NCBI GenBank assembly: GCA_012295275.1
Contig: CM022675.1
Location: forward strand, 2,108,001 to 2,172,000
Origin: Chrysomallon squamiferum
Lineage: Eukaryota; Animalia; Mollusca
Direction of reading: 5' to 3'
DNA: 64,000 nt
Shown here in pieces: positions 55,405-64,000 of the stretch; the stretch's first letter is position 1, and the number at the start of each line of letters is the position of its first letter. Under the pieces are notes generated by a model. The model ran no database searches. It was not told the DNA's origin and saw nothing but the letters and a program-made list of their open reading frames with translations. Position numbers and translations under genes: made by a program.

Positions 55405-56632
55405 AGACTGAAGTGATGTACATATGTATTTACAGAAAGTGGACACTAAAGAAGTAATCATACAAATTGCATTGACTGAAGTGATTTACATATGTATTTA
55501 CAGAAAGTGGACACTAAAGAAGTTATACAAATTACATTGACTGAAGTGATGTAGATATGTATTTACAGAAAGTGGTCAGTAAAGAAGTTATACAAATTAC
55601 ATTGATTGAAGTAATGTACATGTATATTTACAGAAAGTGGACACTAAAGAAGTTATCATACAAATTAAATTGACTGAAGTAATATACATATGTATTTACA
55701 GAAAGTGGACACTAAAGAAGTTATACAAATTACATTGACTGAAGTAATATACATATGTATTTAGAGAAAGTGGACACTAAAGAAGTAATACAACTTACAT
55801 TGACTGAAGTAATGTAGATATGTATTTAGAGAAAGTGGACACTAAAGAAGTTATACAAATTACATTGACTGAAGTGATGTACATGTATATTTACAGAACG
55901 TGGACACTAAACAAGTTATACAAATTACATTGACTGATGTAATGTACATGTATATTTACAGAACGAGGACACTAAACAAGTTATACAAATTACATTTACT
56001 GAAGTGATGTACATGTACATTTACAGAACGTGTACACTAAACAAGTTATACAAATTACATTTACTGAAGTGATGTACATGTATATTTAGAGAAAGTGGAC
56101 ACTAAACAAGTTATACAAATTACATTTACTGAAGTGATGTACATGTACATTTACAGAACGTGTACACTAAACAAGTTATACAAATTACATTTACTGAAGT
56201 GATGTACATGTATATTTAGAGAAAGTGGACACTAAACAAGTTATACAAATTACATTGACTGATGTAATGTACATGTATATTTACAGAACGTGGGCACTAA
56301 ACAAGTTATACAAATTACATTGACTGAAGTGATGTACATGTATATTTACAGAAAGTGGACACTAAACAAGTTATACAAATTACATTGACTGAAGTAATGT
56401 ACATGTATATTTACAGAACGTGGGCACTAAACAAGTTATACAAATTACATTGACTGAAGTGATGTACATGTATATTTACAGAAAGTGGACACTAAACAAG
56501 TTATACAAATTACATTGACTGAAGTAATGTACATGTATATTTACAGAACGTGGACACTAAACAAGTTATACAAATTACATTGACTGATGTAATGTACATG
56601 TATATTTACAGAACGTGGACACTAAAGAAGTT
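55405..56632. repeat. Same 65-bp minisatellite, about 19 units
   Basis: Same unit as 9625-10080, expanded in the paralogous flank. Confidence 0.92.
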
Positions 56633-59579
56633 ATAATACAAGTTTACAGGCAACGGATGGAACAAATTTATCAAAGTAAAATGCGTGCTAATAAAAGTGA
56701 GTACAATTGTCCACTGAATAACGTGCTTACATATAAATAATGGGTAGAGATATGTAAACTGATATTCCTGCAAATGTACAGAAGTCAAAGATGCACATTT
56801 ACTGAAGTAATGAATCTGGACATGTAAGCACACATTCACTGAATAAACGTACATACAAATGTACGCTTGCAGACACATATATTTGTTCCTGTACAAGTAT
56901 ATACAAAGTGTACACATTTATTTTATGCAGTAATATACATACAAATGTATAGAAGGAATACATACATTTTTGAAGTAGGATACTTAGAAATACATTGAAA
57001 ATGTCGATATGCATTTACTGACGTAGCATACATACACATATATAGAAAGTGTACACACATGTATTGATGTAGTATATACACACATATATGCAAATATCCA
57101 CATACACTTATTGACGTACCATACATAAAATACATAGAAATTGTGCACGTAAATTGACAAGAGTAGTACACGTACATATATATAGAAAGATGAAGTGCAC
57201 GTACCTTGTTTATTGTAACACTCCAAGTAAACCGTTTTCCTCTCTTACACTGTGTGATCTGTTTGGAAAGAAATATAAAAATGAGTATTAAGATGAGATT
57301 TCCTCTATTTATATGATAACCAAAAAAAAAAAAAAATAAAAAAAAAAAAAAAAAAAAAAAAGTTATTTCCATTTAAATCGTGTGTGATACGCTTCACTAG
57401 TGTTACCGAAACATTTCATATATCTCTTCTCTTTCTTCTTCTTCTGCTTCTTCTTCTTCTTCTTCTTCTTCTTCTTCTTCTTCTTCTTCTTCTTCTAATT
57501 TTTACTGGGCTACTGATCTTGTAGACATTGGTTAGCGTACATTGTATATTTGTAATGTACATATACATGTCTACGGAATATGTTATTTTTTTGTTTATTC
57601 ATTTATCTGTTTGTTTGTTTGTTCTTTGTGTTGTTTCTTTGCTTATTTCCTTCTATGCTTTTTTATTAGTTTTCTTTATTTGTTTGAATGCTATACTGGT
57701 TTAATTATTTTTGAAAAGTAGACTGAGGGCAATTATTACTAGAACAAAGACGATAAAAACAACAACTACTACTGCTACAGCTACTACTGTTACTAGTGCT
57801 ATTGCAACTGGTAATGATATAAGTCATATAAGCAACGCTATAACAGCAATAACAATATATCAACTGAATTATGATTGGACACACTCTGCGCTTGTCGAAC
57901 AAGATAGCAATTAAGAACATCTATCTATCTATCTATCTATCTATGTTTATATCTATCTATCTATCCATCTATCTATCTATCTATCTATATATATATATAT
58001 GTTTTGACAAAAGCCTAGCGAAATAAGATGATTATCTATTTATTTATTTATTGATTTATTGATTCATTTATTTATTTATTTAAGTTACAGTCTGGACGCA
58101 CGTTACCTCTATATAACTAGCATCGTACCAAAATCTTATACACATGTACTGTCTGTATGTGTTTGTATGTATGTATGTGTGCTGGGGTCATTTTATGTAT
58201 GCCGTTACTTGTGTACTTGACTTGACGTTAAAGGCAACCATAAATATATGCTTTCTAGTTACAAAAAAAAAAAAAAAAAAAAAAAAAAAAGCAACAGAAA
58301 GCTAAGTATGTATTTCCAGTCATGCGTATCTTCTCCTCTAGAGCAGCAGACCGTGGTTGCATACATACGAGACCAGCCCGGTGTCATTTTTATTTTCTTT
58401 CTTCTCTTATATAGAATTCACGGATAGCTGCGTCTTACGCCCCGAGCGTAAAGAATCGATGTTTTATACACATCATTTTCTATTCAGTCTCTTTAAATAT
58501 GTGTGTTTGTGTGTGTTTGTCTGAGAGAGAGAGAGAGAGAGAGAGCAAATACGTCGTATGTACGGGCGATGTATACATGTGTTTTTTTTTTCTTTTCTTT
58601 TCATTTTTTTCTTCTTTTTTTCTTCTTTTTTTTCTGTTGTTATTTTCTGTTTCATTTTTTTTTCTTCCTCGCGCAGGTTTGTCCTTTCTTTATTTCTTTG
58701 AATTTAGTAGTCTGAGGTACGGGTTTACCTTTACCTGATGCGTGCGTGCGTAGATTTTTGTATCCATGCATGCATGTGTGCATATAAGTGTAGATATTTG
58801 AGTGTAAGTGTGTGCGTGGATATATTTGTGTAAACGTGTGTATTTGTACGTGTGCCAGTGCACGTCTGTATATATCTATCTATGTTTGTATGTGCATATA
58901 TACACGTGCATATGAATGTATGTATGTATATGAGTGCATCTGTCGTTATATATATTTGTGTGTCTATGTATGTGTCAGTGAGTTTATATATATATATGTC
59001 AGTTAAACTATCTATCAATCTATCTATATATATATATATATATATATATATGTCAGTTAAACTATGAATTTCAAAATCCAAATTTTTTATTTAAATCTCT
59101 TCAGATAGTTTGACAGCGAAATTATCTATTTATTTATTTATTTATTCATCTTAATAAGGCTATCTTTTAATGGAAGTAAATTAGAAACAAAAGTTATTAT
59201 GTGATACGTGTTATATTGATGATTCTGTATTATTTTATTGACACGTGGAAAGTGATAAAAGAGTGTTTCTGTGTGTTTGTGTTTTTATGTGTGAGTAGAT
59301 AAAACTATTTTGAGGAAAGCATTAAGTAAATAATAAACCTATCTGAGCATAAAAACACGAGCAATGGATACCCGCACTCAGCTGTGACGACAGTAGTCTC
59401 CCTTGTTATGTCTCGACAGATATTTAGTTTTGTTTTGTCTGTTTTAAATGTAGCAACAAACATGTCTGCCTTTTTCTTGTCATCTCTAAACGAATCTTTG
59501 TTATAGTAAATTAATTCACAGTTGTATTTTCTCTTTAGTACTGCACATATAGAGATATACTGCTAGTACTACTACTACT

Positions 59580-59644
<65 letters not shown>

Positions 59645-59648
59645 TAAC

Positions 59649-59734
<86 letters not shown>

Positions 59735-60282
59735 TGCTATTCGTTCAGTTGCTGCTGCTGGTAATAATAATACTCCTACTACTACTACGACTACTGTTAC
59801 TAGTACTGTTACACTTGATGGTAATGGACGAAAAACACTTCTTGAAAGATTTCACTATAAGTGTATGTATTGACAATATTAAACTGGAGAAAAAAATAAG
59901 TTGAAGAATCAGAGATAGATTAACAAAAAAGAGAAAACTGAATAGAGAAATTAAATAGAAGACAAATTCCTTTTTGTTTTAAAACTATTCATAATTATAA
60001 TCAGTAACGGTATTAAATAATATCACTCGATATCAAGCGATTCTGTGTAGTCTTTACTTATTGGTCGTAGTGACACCTGTTAACATGCCACCAAAAGTTC
60101 AGTGAGATTTCTCACTCGTCTGCCTCTTTAAAGAAGTAGTCTTTTTTGTAGCTATTTACACATATAGAATTTTAATGTCGTTACGTATGTTGGCTTTCTT
60201 TTTTGATTCGGAAAAGTAATAATCATAATAAGAAAATAATAACAACAACAACACAAACAATAACAACAACAGCAACAACAAC

Positions 60283-60373
<91 letters not shown>

Positions 60374-60854
60374 GCTGTCATTAATTAATTCTGATTTCGC
60401 GTCATCGAATTTTTTTTAGTAATATAGAAGAAGAATAAGGATTCACACGTACAGTAATTTAAGCTAGAAAAGTAAGTAAAAACATCGTTTTATGCATGAC
60501 AAAAATATGATAATTACAACAAGAACCTTCATCTTTGAAACAGCAGGGGGAAAAGGCTTTTTTTCTGTCATGAATTTATACAATAAGCCGAAAACCCAGA
60601 ATATAGTAATGATAATAATTATATAAACAAAAAATAAATCTCAACTAATATCTACGACATATTACAGAAAACAAACTACAAGAGATGCACCCCAATAAGC
60701 TTTATTCAAAATATTGCAAATATATAAAAATACAAAATAGTAACAAATGAATGAAAAGAAGTAAAAAATACGAATCCAGCTACAGGAATAGGAAAGCAAG
60801 CAGGAACAAAAATAATGAAAATGAAACTAAATGTAAACATAAGAATAACAGTAA

Positions 60855-60913
<59 letters not shown>

Positions 60914-61067
60914 ATAATAATAATATAAAAGGCAACGCCAACAGCCCAAAGCAAAACATTTTCTTTTTATGCCAGGTCAAAGAAAAGAAAGAAAAGTATT
61001 GCGTATATTACAAAACAATTTGGATTTCAGTAATCCAGGTTTCAGCTCCAGGAAAAAGTAAACCGCA

Positions 61068-61161
<94 letters not shown>

Positions 61162-61721
61162 TAATAATAATAGTAAAAATAAATAGACGAAAAGAAACAA
61201 TAAAATAATACTTAAAAAAAATAAAACAAACAAACAAATAATAAAAAAATGAAAATATGAAAAGGAAGAAAAAAAGGAAGAAAAGCAAAACGAAATTTGG
61301 CAGAAAATTAAATCTGACGATAGCGAATTTGTTTTTATTAGCATAAGATCTTGAATAATAAATAAATAAAATAAAATAAATAGATAAATAAATAAGTAAT
61401 TGAAACAAATAATAATAATAATACCCACAATTGAGAAAAAAGTGTAGTTCTCATCAAACAATAAAAAAAAAAATATATATATATATATACACACAAAACA
61501 AAATTATATATAACTGGTTAAACAACAACAACTATGAAATAAAAATCAGAAGAAAGAAAATCAGAGAAAAAACAAAAGAAGACAAATAATTACCAAAACG
61601 TAATATAGTTAGTAAAACATGCTAAAGCAAAGAAAACCTTTAAACAAAGGCAATTTCACCTAAAAGTAAAAACAGTTTTCAACTTCAGTTTGCTACTACA
61701 CTATATGCAATATTTGTCAGG

Positions 61722-63689
<1,968 letters not shown>

Positions 63690-64000
63690 CTGAATAAATA
63701 AAAATATAAGATAAAATAGCATTTCTGTTTAGTTTTCTCGATATGAATAAACTCTAGGTGTTTTAAAAGGAGATTCACTTATTCTAATTATTAGAATCTA
63801 TAAAGTTATATATTTTTCAAAAAATAATACGAGGTAATTGTAAATATTTTCAAAAGAATTAGTCTGAGTGTCTATCCAGAGGTCATTAATTTACGTAAAA
63901 TATTTATTTGAATCTAGAAAGAATCTTGCTAGCTGAAGTGAAAAAGAAAAGAAAATAATATATATATTTTTAAATAATAATAATGTTAATAACATAACGA

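Overview
AT-rich, microsatellite-dense animal DNA with one 200-N assembly gap (2944-3143). It is probably molluscan, and the repeat landscape looks cephalopod-like (inference). Almost all long ORFs in the supplied track are simple-repeat artefacts. The real coding content is spliced and lies on the minus strand: a tandem cluster of paralogous genes of the molluscan EGF-EGF-ZP-transmembrane family (ELDP/EGFZP shell-matrix-protein type). In these genes a linker exon plus a cassette of SRCR domains is inserted inside the ZP-C subdomain, in a phase-1 intron. Copy A (8871 to 3163) is intact as far as visible and runs into the gap. Copy B (55300 to 45666) shows the full exon series with four SRCRs but is disabled. 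Copy C shows only its 3' exons (63689 to 61722). Further scrambled relics lie at 39.2-40.8 kb and 42.7-42.9 kb. The interval between A and B holds a decayed Tc1/mariner transposase, a 1.5-2.2 kb tandem macro-repeat with inverted leading copies, several minisatellites, and weak relics of a possible second, C-type-lectin-like gene family. All exon boundaries and translations were read by eye; no database search was run.
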